Notes: generated by a model from the letters alone, not told the origin. Counted from the stretch's first letter, positions 16,661-30,028 are shown. The stretch is DNA of 64,000 nucleotides from Verrucomicrobiia bacterium (GCA_036268455.1 DATAUD010000026.1:12407-76406); one strand, 5' to 3'. Numbers and translations are program-made.

Positions 16661-17749
16661 ATGACACATGTGAAATTGCATATTCCGGGGCCGGTCGAGG
16701 TCAGCGCCAAGACGTTTAAGGCGTTCTGTTCGCCAATGATCGGCCATCGCGGCCAGGGTTTCAAAGACCTTTACGCCAAAATTCAGCCGCAGTTGCAACA
16801 GTTGCTGTCCACCAAACAATTTGTCTATCTGAGCACGTCTTCGGCGTGGGGTGTGATGGAAGGGGCGGTGCGCAATCTGGTCCAAAAACGTGTTCTTAAT
16901 TGCATGTGCGGCGCGTTCTCGGACAAATGGCTCGATGTTTCCAAGCGTTGCGGTAAACAGGCGGAGGCGCTTCAGGTGCCGTGGGGTTCGCCTATTCTTC
17001 CGGGACAGATTGAAGCCAAATTGGCCACCGGCACCTTTGACGCCCTCACCATCATTCATAATGAGACTTCAACAGGAGTGATGAGTCCCATTTACGAAAT
17101 CGCCGCGCTTAAGAAAAAGTTTCCCGATGTGATGTTTATCGTCGATGCCGTCAGCTCGATGTCGGCGACCAAGCTGGAATTTGACGTCCTTGGAATCGAT
17201 GTGCTGCTGGCCGGAACACAAAAAGCGTTCGCAATGCCGCCGGGTCTGGCGGTATTTGTCTGCTCGCCGGCGGCGCTGGCAAGAGCAGCGGCGGCGACGG
17301 ATCGCGGGTATTATTTTGACTTTGTCGAGTTCCAGAAGAATGCCGAGCAAAGCATGACGCCGAGCACGCCGAGCATCGGGCATGTTTACGCGCTGGCTTC
17401 CAAGCTGGAGGACTTCTTTAGCGAGGGCCTTGAGGCTCGTTACGCCCGGCATACAAAACTGGCCGGCTTGACGCGGGCATGGGCGGCGAAACACGGCTTC
17501 ACGCTCTATCCGGAGCCTGGCTATGAATCGGTGACGCTGACGTGCGTCAATAACGGCGCGAAGCCGGGGGGACGTGTTATCGACGCGGCGAAGTTGCAGA
17601 AGGCGGTGAAAGACCAGGGATTTTTGATTGACGGAGGTTACGGGAAAATTAAAGGGACGACCTTTCGCATTTCCAACATGGGTGATGAAACCGAGGAAAC
17701 GATGGGGCAGCTTTACGCCGCGCTGGATTCCGGGATGAAACAGTTTTAA
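16661..17749 (+). CDS. class V aminotransferase (serine-pyruvate/alanine-glyoxylate aminotransferase-like)
   Basis: IPGPVEV...MIGHRGQGF, IIHNETSTGV, DAVSS and GTQKAFAMPPGLA (PLP lysine context). Confidence 0.85.
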   Translation: MTHVKLHIPGPVEVSAKTFKAFCSPMIGHRGQGFKDLYAKIQPQLQQLLSTKQFVYLSTSSAWGVMEGAVRNLVQKRVLNCMCGAFSDKWLDVSKRCGKQAEALQVPWGSPILPGQIEAKLATGTFDALTIIHNETSTGVMSPIYEIAALKKKFPDVMFIVDAVSSMSATKLEFDVLGIDVLLAGTQKAFAMPPGLAVFVCSPAALARAAAATDRGYYFDFVEFQKNAEQSMTPSTPSIGHVYALASKLEDFFSEGLEARYARHTKLAGLTRAWAAKHGFTLYPEPGYESVTLTCVNNGAKPGGRVIDAAKLQKAVKDQGFLIDGGYGKIKGTTFRISNMGDETEETMGQLYAALDSGMKQF

Positions 17750-17750
17750 G

Positions 17751-18263
17751 CTACGGCGAGATAGGCAGGCGTTCGTCGTTTTTGTCTTCGCTGATCAACA
17801 TGCCTTGATCTTTGTAGATCTTGAGCATGAAATGCGTCGCCGTGGAGAGAACACCATGGATTGTGGCCAGCTTCTCGGAGACGAATGTTGCGACTTCGCG
17901 CAGATTGGCGCCTTCCACCACAACCTGCAAATCGTAACCGCCGGACATCAGATAGCACGAACGGACCTCGGAGTATTTGGCGATGCGCTCGGCCAAACGA
18001 TCAAAACCGCCGCCGCGTTCGGGAGTAATCTTCACTTCGATGACCGCTCGAACGGAGTCGGCGCCGACCTTCTCTTCGTTCAAAACGGCGCGATAGCCGA
18101 GGATTACCTGGTCGTTTTCGTAAGATTTGATCTTCGCGGCAATTTGCGCTTCGGAGAGGTTGAGCATCATGGCCAACTGGTCGGGTTTCAACGCCGCATT
18201 TTCCCGCAAAAGTTTTAGTAACGGATCCATGACCGCATTGTTATCACTTCCCGCGTCTGACAA
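17751..18263 (-). CDS. Lrp/AsnC-family transcriptional regulator
   Basis: An HTH N-terminus is followed by an RAM-type domain (AVIEVKITPERG...VRSCYLMSGGYDLQVVVE). The start may instead be the internal MDPLLK (18230). Confidence 0.8.
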   Translation of the reverse strand: MSDAGSDNNAVMDPLLKLLRENAALKPDQLAMMLNLSEAQIAAKIKSYENDQVILGYRAVLNEEKVGADSVRAVIEVKITPERGGGFDRLAERIAKYSEVRSCYLMSGGYDLQVVVEGANLREVATFVSEKLATIHGVLSTATHFMLKIYKDQGMLISEDKNDERLPISP

Positions 18264-18301
18264 AAGAAGAATAACCGTCCGGTTTTCCGGTTTGGCTGGC
18301 G

Positions 18302-20200
18302 CTACTTTATCATTCCTTTTTTCCGCAACATCGCTTCCATCGCTTTGTCCATCAGCAATTCAGCCAGGGGCTTGGTGGCTTCGTCCAATGCGGCCAGCGC
18401 GGCTTTCAGACGGGCGGGGTCGGGAGCGGCGGAGGTGAGTTGATCCGTGACGGACTGCATCTCTTTCTCAACCTGACTTTTATAGGCCGGATCGAGGTCG
18501 GCGGCGCAATCGGCTAAACCCTTGCGGGCGGCGTCTAATGTTTCTTCGGCGCGAAGTTTGGCTTCGATCCATTGGCGCGCGCGCAAATCTTCGAATGCGT
18601 TTTCAACGGACTCTTCAACCATTTTTTGCACCTCGGCGTCGGCGACATCCACGGCGGATTTCATTTCGACTATTTTTTGCCGGCCAGTTTTGGTGTCACG
18701 GGCCAAAACGCTGAGGATGCCGTTGGCGTCGATCTCGAATTGGACGCCGACGCGGGGAAGACCCTTGGGGGCGGACTCAAAATCGATGGTGAAACGGCCA
18801 AGACTCCAGTTGTCCCTGGCCCGCTCGCGCTCGCCTTGGAGGACGTGTATCAGCATCTCGCGCTGGCGATCGACGGCTGTGGTGAACATTTCGCCGGCCT
18901 TGATGGGAATGGTCGAGTTGCGCGGGATAATGACATTCATCAGGCCGCCAAAGGTTTCGATACCGAGGGACAACGGCGTCACATCAAGCAAGAGAACGTT
19001 TTTGAAACCGCCGGAAAGAATCTCCGCCTGGATCGCCGCGCCGAGGGCAACGGCTTCGTCCGGATTTTGCGAGATGTTGAGTTGCGGGCCGGAGGGCTTG
19101 TGGTATTCGGAACCCAGCCGCAGATCGCCGCGCGTCTCCTCGAATTCCGCGCAGCCGAAAACCTCGGCAACCATCCTCCGCACCAACGGCATGCGCGTCT
19201 GGCCGCCGACAAGAATGACCTGGTCGAGATCGCGCGCCTCCAGCTTCGCATCGGCGAGGGAGCGCAGGCAATGCTGGCGGGTGCGCAGGAGAATGTCGTG
19301 AGTGAGGTCTTCCAATTCGGAGCGCCGCAGCTCGTAGTGAAAATGAAAATCCGGCGTGATGAAAGGCAACGCGATTTCGACGGATTCCTCGGTGGAGAGA
19401 CGGATTTTTGCCTGCTCGGCCGCTTCGCGTATCCGCGCCAGCAATGGCAAATCCCCCGAGGGATCCGGGCCGCCGGCGGACTTGATTTTGTCAATTATAG
19501 CTTCTATGAGACGGGCGTCCAAATCATCACCGCCGAGGCGCGTGTTGCCGTTGGTGGAAAGCACTTGGAAAACACCTTCGTTCAATTCGAGGATCGAAAG
19601 ATCGAAAGTTCCGCCCCCAAGGTCATAGACCGCGATTTTGGATTTCTCCCGAAGCTTGTCCAAACCATACGCCAGCGCGGCGGCCGTCGGCTCATTAACG
19701 ATTCGCTCCACCGTGAAGCCGGCCAATTCGCCGGCGGCCTTGGTGGCGTTGCGCTGCGCATCGTTGAAGTAGGCGGGCACGGTGATCACGGCGCGAGTAA
19801 TATTTTCGCCGAGAGAAGCTTCGGCGTCGCGCTTCAATTTTTTAAGAATTTCCGCGGAAATTTCCTCCGGCGTGTACAAACGCCCGCGAACATCCACGCG
19901 GACAGGTCCCCCGCCCTCGCCCTTGATGGGATAAGTCACGACCATTTCCTCCTGCGCAATCTCAATCCCGCGCCGGCCCATGAAACGTTTGATCGAATAC
20001 ACGGTGGCGGCGGGTTGAAGGACTCGGACGCGATTGGCCCCACGCCCGACGATGAGCCGCGCATTGTCCGCCGGGAAATGGACGACCGATGGGGTCAGGC
20101 GCTGGCCTTCGGAATCTGCGATGACGTACGGGATGCCCGAATCCACCGCCGCCACCAATGAGTTGGTCGTGCCAAGGTCGATGCCAACGATCCTGCTCAC
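18302..20200 (-). CDS. Hsp70-family chaperone (DnaK/HscA-like paralog)
   Basis: IVGIDLGTTNS, DLGGGTFD, VILVGGQTRMP and NPDEAVALGAA. Confidence 0.9.
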   Translation of the reverse strand: MSRIVGIDLGTTNSLVAAVDSGIPYVIADSEGQRLTPSVVHFPADNARLIVGRGANRVRVLQPAATVYSIKRFMGRRGIEIAQEEMVVTYPIKGEGGGPVRVDVRGRLYTPEEISAEILKKLKRDAEASLGENITRAVITVPAYFNDAQRNATKAAGELAGFTVERIVNEPTAAALAYGLDKLREKSKIAVYDLGGGTFDLSILELNEGVFQVLSTNGNTRLGGDDLDARLIEAIIDKIKSAGGPDPSGDLPLLARIREAAEQAKIRLSTEESVEIALPFITPDFHFHYELRRSELEDLTHDILLRTRQHCLRSLADAKLEARDLDQVILVGGQTRMPLVRRMVAEVFGCAEFEETRGDLRLGSEYHKPSGPQLNISQNPDEAVALGAAIQAEILSGGFKNVLLLDVTPLSLGIETFGGLMNVIIPRNSTIPIKAGEMFTTAVDRQREMLIHVLQGERERARDNWSLGRFTIDFESAPKGLPRVGVQFEIDANGILSVLARDTKTGRQKIVEMKSAVDVADAEVQKMVEESVENAFEDLRARQWIEAKLRAEETLDAARKGLADCAADLDPAYKSQVEKEMQSVTDQLTSAAPDPARLKAALAALDEATKPLAELLMDKAMEAMLRKKGMIK

Positions 20201-20655
20201 CGCGAGATGTCCGATTGGCGGAGGACGCGAAAGGAGTGGCGGCTAAGAACGCGCTCGCCGACCTCGTTGTCCTCCATGCTGACGCCGAGGATTGATTTGC
20301 CCTCGGGATGCGGAATGAAGCAGTACATATAGTTAATATTGACTTCCGCCTCGAGGAAAGCGGACATCAACTCCGGCAACTGGACGGCGGAATCGATCTC
20401 GACGACCAGCAACTCGCTTTCCGTGAACGCGAAGCTGTTATCGCTGAGCAAACGGCGCGCCGCCTGCGGATCATCCACCACCACACGGATGATTGCCGTT
20501 TCGGAAGTGTCCAAAACCGTGACCGCCAGGACGTGAACGGAATTGGAGCTGAGAAGTCCGATCAGGTCGTGCAACCGCCCCATCCGGTTGGCGGTGAAAA
20601 TCGAAAACTGGGTGACCGCGTCCGGGTGCCGCCCTCGCATTGCTTTCGTCGTCAT
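20197..20655 (-). CDS. tandem ACT-domain protein
   Basis: Two ACT-like repeats (QFSIFTANRMGRLHDLIGLL... and VVEIDSAVQLPELMSAFLEAEVNINYMY). I used ATG 20655. A 4-nt overlap joins it to the Hsp70 gene. Confidence 0.7.
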   Translation of the reverse strand: MTTKAMRGRHPDAVTQFSIFTANRMGRLHDLIGLLSSNSVHVLAVTVLDTSETAIIRVVVDDPQAARRLLSDNSFAFTESELLVVEIDSAVQLPELMSAFLEAEVNINYMYCFIPHPEGKSILGVSMEDNEVGERVLSRHSFRVLRQSDISR

Positions 20656-20683
20656 CCCTACAATAAGCCACACTCCGCGCCAG

Positions 20684-20713
20684 AGTTCAAAGTTCAAAAG
20701 TTTAAAGTTTAAA
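20684..20713. repeat. four tandem AGTTYAA(A) units in a divergent promoter region
   Basis: AGTTCAA AGTTCAAA AGTTTAA AGTTTAAA, read directly between the ACT/Hsp70 operon and the coaB-like gene. Confidence 0.35.
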
Positions 20714-20744
20714 CCACCGCCCACTTTGATAGGTTCTCCTTCGG

Positions 20745-21395
20745 ATGAAGTGCATTGTCACCGCGGGACCAACTTATGAGGAACTGGACGAAGTCCGGCG
20801 GCTGACGAATTTTTCCACCGGAACCCTCGGCACGGAATTGGCGAACTTTCTCGCCGCCCGAGGGCACGAAGTCGAATTATTCCGGGGGCATTATTCGACT
20901 TGTCAACTTGAGCCGGTCACGAGGACGCAGGTTTTCACCACGACGGCTGATTTGCGGCGCCGGTTGCAAAAGGTCAAAAACACGGACGCTGTGTTTCACG
21001 CCGCGGCGGTGAGCGATTTTGCGTTCGGGAGGATTTGGTCGCGCGCGCCAAACGGGAAGCTGCGCCCAATCCGCTCGCCGAAAATTTCGACACGGCTGGG
21101 GCCTGTTCTCGCGGAACTGGTGGCAACGCCCAAGATCATCTCCGAATTGCGAAGCTGGTTTCCGAACGCGCTATTGGCGGGCTGGAAATATGAATTGGAG
21201 GGAAACCGCGCCCAGGCTATTGCGCGAGGCGAGCGGCAATTGATCGCCTGCAACACGGACATTTGCGTGGTTAACGGCCGCGCTTATGGAGCGGGCTTTG
21301 GGCTTGTGACTGGCCGGAATGAATGCCGGCATCTTCGCGACAAAAAAAGTTTGTTTGACGCATTGCAGCAGCTCGTCACATCTCGAACGTCCTGA
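20745..21395 (+). CDS. coaB: phosphopantothenate-cysteine ligase (stand-alone CoaB domain)
   Basis: IVTAGPTYEELDEVRRLTNFSTGTLG...AARGHEV and FHAAAVSDF. Confidence 0.7.
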   Translation: MKCIVTAGPTYEELDEVRRLTNFSTGTLGTELANFLAARGHEVELFRGHYSTCQLEPVTRTQVFTTTADLRRRLQKVKNTDAVFHAAAVSDFAFGRIWSRAPNGKLRPIRSPKISTRLGPVLAELVATPKIISELRSWFPNALLAGWKYELEGNRAQAIARGERQLIACNTDICVVNGRAYGAGFGLVTGRNECRHLRDKKSLFDALQQLVTSRTS

Positions 21396-23112
21396 CGCGG
21401 CGCAGACCGAGGCGATAAGGAATCCAGCCGAAGACCACGGAGAAAAGCGCGAAACCAATCCAGGTTATCAAAATCCCCCTGATGGACGCTTCACCGCGCC
21501 ATCCCCACGGCGAACCCATCGCCAGCAGCGTTACGGATCCGACAATATAAAGAAAGCTGAGGACCAGACAGAGCGTGCCGCCGAAACCGCTGACGATCTT
21601 GGTCGGGTTGTCCTCGCGGAAATTTGGATACAACGCGCCCAGGCCGATCGCCAGCCCCGTGAGAGTGAAGGTCATCGTCGCGATGATAAGTCCGAGATAC
21701 GAGGTGCGTTCCAGGGGTATTCGGAGCATGTGGCACGAAAGCCAGATCAGGCCCAAAGTCACCACGAGCGCGGCGCGGCTGGCGAGCCAGAATTTTGCGC
21801 GCAAAACTTTCACCAGCCCCAAAGGCGCCATGCCTACGATCCAGAGCCGTTTACCCTCCAATGAAAATTGCGGAAACACAAAGCGCGTTGTGAGCGTCGC
21901 CAGGTTCAGCGCGCACGCCCCAAGGTTTAAATAGCACACCAAATGGATCCAGAATGGATTGGTCAGGTCCTGGGAGAAGTGCCGCAGGTTGATCACATAA
22001 ACCCCGAGCAAACCGAAGAGCACCAGCGTTTGGCCCCATTGCGTGGTATCGCGCCAGAACATCCGGGCGTCCTTTACCAGAAGCGCGGTAACATCGGGCG
22101 ACCCGCTGTGGAAGAAACCAAAAAAACGCTCGATGGCCCCGCCTGGATAATCAAACGATGGCCGGTGTTTACGCCAATCGCGAAACCAACTCCATCGGGC
22201 AAAAATGCTCTCGCGGCTTTGCGAGGTGGAATAAGCCTCGTGGAACAGCCGTCCCGTTTGCGTGAACGACAGGTAACCGAAGAAAAGGACATTGCTGAAC
22301 AAGACAAGAAGAAAAAATCCGGCCGCTCTCAGCGCGCCTTCCGCCCATTGAAAAACGCTGGTGGAAAGCCAGTAGCTCGGCAGCCACGCCCACTCGGAAA
22401 AATGAGTGCGCATGAGCAGTTTGTCCAAAGTCGCCAGGACGCGCGTGTCCGTCGAATTGTCGGTCAGCGTTTCCGGCCGGAACCAATGGGCGAGCAGCGG
22501 CAGGACAGTGACAGTGAGGATCACCGCGACTATTTGAAAGGCGCGGCGATCCAGATAACGGGCCAGGTTGAGCGCCGCATACGCGCCCGCCACGCCGGGC
22601 AGCACGATGTACATCGCCAGCGCCACAACGGTCATAATGTAAAAATGCCACGCCACTCCATGCGTTAGCCCGTACGCGGCAAGGAGCGGCGCGATCAAAA
22701 AGACGAACGCCCATGAGGCCAGAAGCGCCGATTCCAGAAATTTCCAGCGGAAGATCGTTTGCGACGAAATCGGCAGCGAAGTCAGGAAGTGGGTTTCCCG
22801 ATTGCGAAAAAAATTGGTGTAGCCAACGACGAGGTTGCTGAATAGCAGGAGGATCAGCAGAAAAACAAAGAGCAACAGAAACAGGCGCTCCGTCAAGATG
22901 TCCCCCAGCGCGGGAAAATTTTTCAGGAACCGCAAACCGCTGCGAAAGAGCAGAAACGACAGAGTCAGGTAAGCGACGATGAACAGGCCAATCCCGAAAG
23001 CGAGAAGGCTGGAGGTGGCGTGGATTGTCTTGAGCCTGCGCCATGCCTGGAGGGAATTAGTCCGCACCAGCAGCAACAACTGCGGAACGGCGGCGGCATC
23101 ACTTTCTGGCAC
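21376..23112 (-). CDS. multi-pass membrane protein (putative ABC-exporter-like permease family)
   Basis: The 578-aa ORF has more than 10 hydrophobic segments. Its 3' end overlaps coaB convergently by 20 nt. Confidence 0.65.
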   Translation of the reverse strand: MPESDAAAVPQLLLLVRTNSLQAWRRLKTIHATSSLLAFGIGLFIVAYLTLSFLLFRSGLRFLKNFPALGDILTERLFLLLFVFLLILLLFSNLVVGYTNFFRNRETHFLTSLPISSQTIFRWKFLESALLASWAFVFLIAPLLAAYGLTHGVAWHFYIMTVVALAMYIVLPGVAGAYAALNLARYLDRRAFQIVAVILTVTVLPLLAHWFRPETLTDNSTDTRVLATLDKLLMRTHFSEWAWLPSYWLSTSVFQWAEGALRAAGFFLLVLFSNVLFFGYLSFTQTGRLFHEAYSTSQSRESIFARWSWFRDWRKHRPSFDYPGGAIERFFGFFHSGSPDVTALLVKDARMFWRDTTQWGQTLVLFGLLGVYVINLRHFSQDLTNPFWIHLVCYLNLGACALNLATLTTRFVFPQFSLEGKRLWIVGMAPLGLVKVLRAKFWLASRAALVVTLGLIWLSCHMLRIPLERTSYLGLIIATMTFTLTGLAIGLGALYPNFREDNPTKIVSGFGGTLCLVLSFLYIVGSVTLLAMGSPWGWRGEASIRGILITWIGFALFSVVFGWIPYRLGLRRVRTFEM

Positions 23113-23180
23113 GATTCATTGTCGTTCAAGCCGCCGTTCGAGAAAAGGCGAAAATGGGCGTGATTCCAAAGATCGGTTGC

Positions 23181-23209
23181 TTGACGGCGGGGGCGGGGCA
23201 AAGTAGGGT
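23181..23209 (+). promoter_or_regulatory. candidate sigma70-type promoter for the thiC leader
   Basis: TTGACG, a 17-nt spacer, then TAGGGT, immediately upstream of the riboswitch. Confidence 0.35.
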
Positions 23210-23211
23210 TT

Positions 23212-23312
23212 CAGTTGTGCGGGGAGCCGGGCTTGGTGGCCGAAGGCTGAGAGTTTTGCGGACGCAAATGACCCGTTGAACCTGCTCCAGGTAATGCTGG
23301 CGAAGGGAAAAC
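23212..23312 (+). promoter_or_regulatory. TPP (THI-box) riboswitch
   Basis: GGGGAGCC...GGCTGAGA...ACCCGTTGAACCTGCTCCAGGTAATGCTGGCGAAGGGA matches the THI element core, about 65 nt upstream of thiC. Confidence 0.85.
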
Positions 23313-23364
23313 GCTTTCATCGCGCCGCACCTGTATCGCCTTTCCCCCAAAGGTCCGTCCGTGA

Positions 23365-25230
<1,866 letters not shown>

Positions 25231-25355
25231 TCTTCGTTCCAACGGCCCTTTTGGGTCTCCGGCGAGCCGCAAAAAATTTTGTAATCAGGTATTGCGCTTG
25301 GCCGTCCTTTTCGTAAAGAATAGCGAAATTTTATAGAAAATGGCCTGCAAGCGAA

Positions 25356-28300
25356 ATGAGTGAATATAAAGAAGAAATATTAAGACCAAACGGATACCCG
25401 CCAAAGCAGGGTTTATACGACCCCCAATTTGAGCACGATGCCTGCGGCGTCGGCTTCGTCGTCAACATCAAGGGCAAGAAATCCCACAAAATCATCCGCG
25501 ACGCGCTGACGGTTTTGATCAATCTCAATCATCGCGGCGCCTGCGGCTGCGAAGCCAATACGGGCGACGGCGCGGGCATCCTGATGCAGATTCCGCACGG
25601 CTTTTTCAAGGAAGTTTCGCGCAAGGACAAAATCAAACTCCCGCCGCTGGGCGATTACGGCGTTGCCATGGTGTTCCTTCCGCGCGATCCCAACGAGCGG
25701 CGGACATGCGAAACGATGTTCGAAAACATCGTCGTCGAAGAAGGGCAAAAATTTTTGGGCTGGCGGATCGTCCCCACCAACAACGCCGCGCTTGGCGCGA
25801 CGGCGCGGTCCAGCGAACCATTCGTCCAGCAGGCGTTCATTCGCCGGAACCCGAAGCTCCAGGACGACATGGCGTTCGAGCGCAAACTTTATGTCATCCG
25901 CAAACGCGCTGAACGGGCCATTCGTTATGGCGGGATCAAGGGCGGGCATTGGTTTTATATTTCGAGCCTTTCCGGCCGCACTTTGGTTTACAAGGGGATG
26001 CTGCTCACCGAGCAGATGGATGAATTTTTCCCCGATCTGAAAAACCCGGCGATGGAAAGCGCCCTCGCGCTCGTCCACTCGCGTTTCAGCACCAATACAT
26101 TTCCCAGTTGGGAACGCGCCCATCCGTATCGTTACATCGCGCACAATGGCGAGATCAACACGTTGCGCGGAAATATCAATTGGATGCACGCCCGCCAGGC
26201 GATGTTCCAAAGCGATCTCTTCGGGGACGACATGAGGAAGCTGCTGCCCATCATCAATACGGATGGCAGCGATTCCGCAATGTTTGACAATTGCCTCGAA
26301 CTCCTCGTGCTCGCCGGACGCTCGTTGCCGCACGCGATCATGATGATGATTCCCGAGCCGTGGGCCAATCACGCCACCATGAGCGATGAGAAAAAGGCCT
26401 TCTACCAATACCACAGTTGCCTGATGGAACCGTGGGACGGTCCCGCCTCAATCGCCTTTACGGACGGCAAACAAATTGGCGCCGTGCTCGATCGCAATGG
26501 CTTGCGGCCTTCCCGTTATTACGTGACGACAGACGATCTGGTGATCATGGCCTCCGAGGTCGGCGTGCTGGACGTTCCGCCGGAAAAGGTCCTGCAAAAG
26601 GGCCGGCTTCAACCGGGCCGCATGTTTCTGGTGGACACGGAAGAAGGGCGAATTGTTGCCGACGAGGAACTGAAACTCAAGATCGCCACCGAGCAGCCTT
26701 ACCGCCAGTGGCTCAATAATCATCTGCTGCCGCTCGAAGCCATTGGGGATTCTCCGCACGAAGCGGAACCGGCTCACAATACCGTTTTGCAGCGGCAGAA
26801 GGCTTTTGGTTACACCTTCGAGGACTTGCGCATGATCATGTCGCCGATGGCCCGCGAAGGCGTGGAAGCCACCGGATCAATGGGGTGCGACACTCCGCTG
26901 GCCGTCCTGTCGGGCAAGGCGCAACTGATTTACAATTATTTTAAACAGCTTTTCGCCCAGGTCACCAATCCGCCTATCGATTGCATTCGCGAGGAATTGG
27001 TCACTTCGGCCGCCACGACCATCGGATCGGAGCGCAATTTGCTGAAACCGAAGCCAGTCAGTTGCAACCTGATCGAACTCAAATCACCGATCCTGACCAA
27101 CGAAGAATTTGCGCGGCTCAAGTTCATCAACTCGGCGGGCTTTAAATCCTGCACGCTTCCAATCCTCTTCAGGGTATCCGACGGCGAATGCGGATTGATC
27201 CGGGCCATCGATGATCTTTGCGCGCGCGCTTCCAGCGCCGTCGAGGCGGGGGCCAACATTTTGATTCTGTCCGATCGCGGCGTGGACCACGAAATGGCGC
27301 CCATTCCCGCGCTGCTCGCGGTGGCGGGTTTGCACCACCATCTTATCCGCGAAGGCAGCCGCACGCGTGTCGGGCTGGTCCTGGAATCCGGCGAACCTCG
27401 CGAAGTCCATCACTTCTCGCTGCTCATCGGTTACGGAGCCGGCGCCATCAATCCCTACGTGGCTTTTGAAACCTTGGACGACATGATTCGCCAGGGGCTT
27501 CTGGTCGGGATAACGCACAAGGACGCCTGCAAAAACTACGTCAAAGCCGCCGTCAAGGGCATTGTCAAGGTGATTTCCAAGATGGGCATTTCCACCATCC
27601 AAAGCTATCGCGGCGCGCAGATATTCGAGGCCATCGGGCTGCATCCTTCGGTCGTCGAGAAATATTTTACGGGCACGGCTTCGCGCGTCGGCGGCGTTGG
27701 GATGGATATTCTTGCCCGTGAAATCCAAATCCGCCATCAAGCCGCGTTTCCCAACCGCCAGACCAACGGGCATGTCCTGGAAGTCGGCGGCAATTACCAG
27801 TGGCGCGCGGACGGCGAACATCATCTTTTCAATCCGCAAACCGTCCACAAACTTCAGCAGGCCTGCCGCAACACGGATTACAAGGCGTTCCAGGATTATT
27901 CCCGCGCGGTGAACGACCAATCGAGAAAAGCCTGCACCTTGCGCGGCTTGCTCGAATTGAAAACCGCCGGCGCCCCGATTCCCATCGAGGAGGTCGAATC
28001 GCTTGAAGATATTCTCAAGCGATTCAAATCCGGCGCAATGTCCTACGGGTCAATCAGCCAGGAAGCCCACGAGGCCCTGGCCGTCGCAATGAACCGCATC
28101 GGCGGCAAAAGCAATACCGGCGAGGGCGGCGAAGACCCGGCTCGTTACACGCTGGAACCCAATGGCGATTCCAAAAACAGCGCCATCAAGCAAGTCGCCT
28201 CCGCGCGATTTGGCGTGACCAGCCTGTATTTGATCAACGCCGCGGAACTGCAAATTAAAATGGCCCAGGGCGCAAAACCCGGAGAAGGCGGCCAATTGCC

Positions 28301-29978
28301 CGGCGCAAAGGTCCATCCGTGGATTGCCAAGGTCCGCCATGCCACCCCGGGCGTCGGGCTGATTTCACCGCCGCCGCACCACGACATCTACTCCATCGAA
28401 GACCTGGCGGAGTTGATTCACGATTTGAAGAACGCCAACCATCACGCCCGGATCAGCGTCAAATTGGTCGCGGAGGTGGGCGTAGGCACCATTGCCGCGG
28501 GCGTCGCAAAGGCCCATGCCGACGTCGTTCTGATCAGCGGGCATGACGGCGGCACGGGCGCATCCCCGCAAACGAGCATCAAACACGCTGGCGTTCCGTG
28601 GGAACTGGGGCTGGCGGAAACTCATCAAACGCTGGTCTTGAACAACCTTCGCAGCCGTATCGCTGTTGAGACTGACGGACAGTTGAAAACCGGAAGGGAC
28701 GTCGTGATCGCCACGTTGCTCGGCGCGGAGGAATTTGGTTTTGCGACCGCGCCGCTCGTTTCCCTGGGATGCATCATGATGCGCGTTTGCCATCTCAACA
28801 CGTGTCCCGTCGGCGTCGCCACGCAAGACCCGGAGCTGCGGAAAAATTTCAAGGGCGATCCCGCGCACGCCGTGAATTTCATGCGTTTTATCGCGCAGGA
28901 AGTTCGTGAACTCATGGCCCAGCTTGGTTTCAAGACCATCAACAGCATGATTGGCCGCACCGACTTTTTGGAACCGCGCGAAGCGATTGACCATTGGAAG
29001 GCGCGCGGCCTGGATTTCACGAACATCCTTTATCAACCCAGAGTGCCGGACGATGTCGGACGTTATTGCCAGATCCAGCAAGACCACGGGTTGGAGAAGG
29101 CCCTCGACAACACTGCCCTCCTGCAACTTTGTGAGCCGGCATTGGCGCGAAAGGAAAAGGTCACCGCCAGCCTGGAAATCAAAAACGTCAACCGCGTTGT
29201 CGGCACCATCCTCGGCAGCGAAATCACCCGCCGCCACGGCGTGGCCGGACTGCCGGAGGACACCATCCAAATTCATTTTCGCGGTTCGGCGGGGCAAAGT
29301 TTTGGCGCGTTCATGCCGCCGGGCGTGACCTGGAGGCTGGAAGGCGACGCCAACGATTACATCGGCAAAGGCCTTTCAGGCGGAAAAATCATTTTGTATC
29401 CACCGGAGGGTTCGACCTTCGTGGCGGAGGAGAATATCATCACCGGCAACGTCGCTCTGTACGGCGCAACCGCCGGCGAAGCTTATATCCGCGGCATGGC
29501 GGGTGAACGATTCTGCGTGCGAAACAGCGGAGTTTCCGCGGTTGTCGAATCGGTCGGCGACCACGGTTGCGAATACATGACAGGAGGACGGGTTGTGGTC
29601 CTTGGCCAGACTGGACGCAACTTCGCGGCCGGAATGTCCGGGGGCGTGGCTTATGTTCTCGATGAATCCGGCGATTTCCCAACGCGTTGCAACCAGCAAA
29701 TGGTGCAGCTTGAAAAATTGGATGAGGCGGAGGAAGCCGAGGAAATCCGGCGGATGATTGATCGGCACGCCCAATACACACGCAGCCAGCGCGCGTTCAA
29801 AGTCCTCGCGCTGTGGGAGCAAATGCTTCCGAAATTCGTCAAGGTCATGCCCAAGGATTACAAACGAGCGTTGCAAGCCTTGCGCAAGGCCAGGGAAGCC
29901 GGCCTTAACGGCGATCAAGCCATCATGGCCGCTTTTGAAGCGAACGCCAAGGATGTCGCGCGCGTCGGCGGGAGCTGA
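25356..29978 (+). CDS. gltB: glutamate synthase large subunit
   Basis: The 1540-aa ORF has an N-terminal CGVGFV amidotransferase Cys plus FMN and GXGXG domains. Confidence 0.95.
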   Translation: MSEYKEEILRPNGYPPKQGLYDPQFEHDACGVGFVVNIKGKKSHKIIRDALTVLINLNHRGACGCEANTGDGAGILMQIPHGFFKEVSRKDKIKLPPLGDYGVAMVFLPRDPNERRTCETMFENIVVEEGQKFLGWRIVPTNNAALGATARSSEPFVQQAFIRRNPKLQDDMAFERKLYVIRKRAERAIRYGGIKGGHWFYISSLSGRTLVYKGMLLTEQMDEFFPDLKNPAMESALALVHSRFSTNTFPSWERAHPYRYIAHNGEINTLRGNINWMHARQAMFQSDLFGDDMRKLLPIINTDGSDSAMFDNCLELLVLAGRSLPHAIMMMIPEPWANHATMSDEKKAFYQYHSCLMEPWDGPASIAFTDGKQIGAVLDRNGLRPSRYYVTTDDLVIMASEVGVLDVPPEKVLQKGRLQPGRMFLVDTEEGRIVADEELKLKIATEQPYRQWLNNHLLPLEAIGDSPHEAEPAHNTVLQRQKAFGYTFEDLRMIMSPMAREGVEATGSMGCDTPLAVLSGKAQLIYNYFKQLFAQVTNPPIDCIREELVTSAATTIGSERNLLKPKPVSCNLIELKSPILTNEEFARLKFINSAGFKSCTLPILFRVSDGECGLIRAIDDLCARASSAVEAGANILILSDRGVDHEMAPIPALLAVAGLHHHLIREGSRTRVGLVLESGEPREVHHFSLLIGYGAGAINPYVAFETLDDMIRQGLLVGITHKDACKNYVKAAVKGIVKVISKMGISTIQSYRGAQIFEAIGLHPSVVEKYFTGTASRVGGVGMDILAREIQIRHQAAFPNRQTNGHVLEVGGNYQWRADGEHHLFNPQTVHKLQQACRNTDYKAFQDYSRAVNDQSRKACTLRGLLELKTAGAPIPIEEVESLEDILKRFKSGAMSYGSISQEAHEALAVAMNRIGGKSNTGEGGEDPARYTLEPNGDSKNSAIKQVASARFGVTSLYLINAAELQIKMAQGAKPGEGGQLPGAKVHPWIAKVRHATPGVGLISPPPHHDIYSIEDLAELIHDLKNANHHARISVKLVAEVGVGTIAAGVAKAHADVVLISGHDGGTGASPQTSIKHAGVPWELGLAETHQTLVLNNLRSRIAVETDGQLKTGRDVVIATLLGAEEFGFATAPLVSLGCIMMRVCHLNTCPVGVATQDPELRKNFKGDPAHAVNFMRFIAQEVRELMAQLGFKTINSMIGRTDFLEPREAIDHWKARGLDFTNILYQPRVPDDVGRYCQIQQDHGLEKALDNTALLQLCEPALARKEKVTASLEIKNVNRVVGTILGSEITRRHGVAGLPEDTIQIHFRGSAGQSFGAFMPPGVTWRLEGDANDYIGKGLSGGKIILYPPEGSTFVAEENIITGNVALYGATAGEAYIRGMAGERFCVRNSGVSAVVESVGDHGCEYMTGGRVVVLGQTGRNFAAGMSGGVAYVLDESGDFPTRCNQQMVQLEKLDEAEEAEEIRRMIDRHAQYTRSQRAFKVLALWEQMLPKFVKVMPKDYKRALQALRKAREAGLNGDQAIMAAFEANAKDVARVGGS

Positions 29979-30028
29979 CGGCGATTTATCATTCGTCCAA
30001 CTTAAACCGTAACAATACCCGAATATAA

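Noticed and set aside
16397-17059. 220-aa minus-strand ORF starting over the IS right end and overlapping the aminotransferase gene.
   Set aside because: It overlaps a well-supported class V aminotransferase, has Arg-rich composition and has no independent support.
18572-20161. 529-aa ORF antisense to the Hsp70 gene (also 18522-19301 and 18979-19494).
   Set aside because: These are shadow frames of a strongly conserved gene with low-complexity Arg/Gly/Ala composition.
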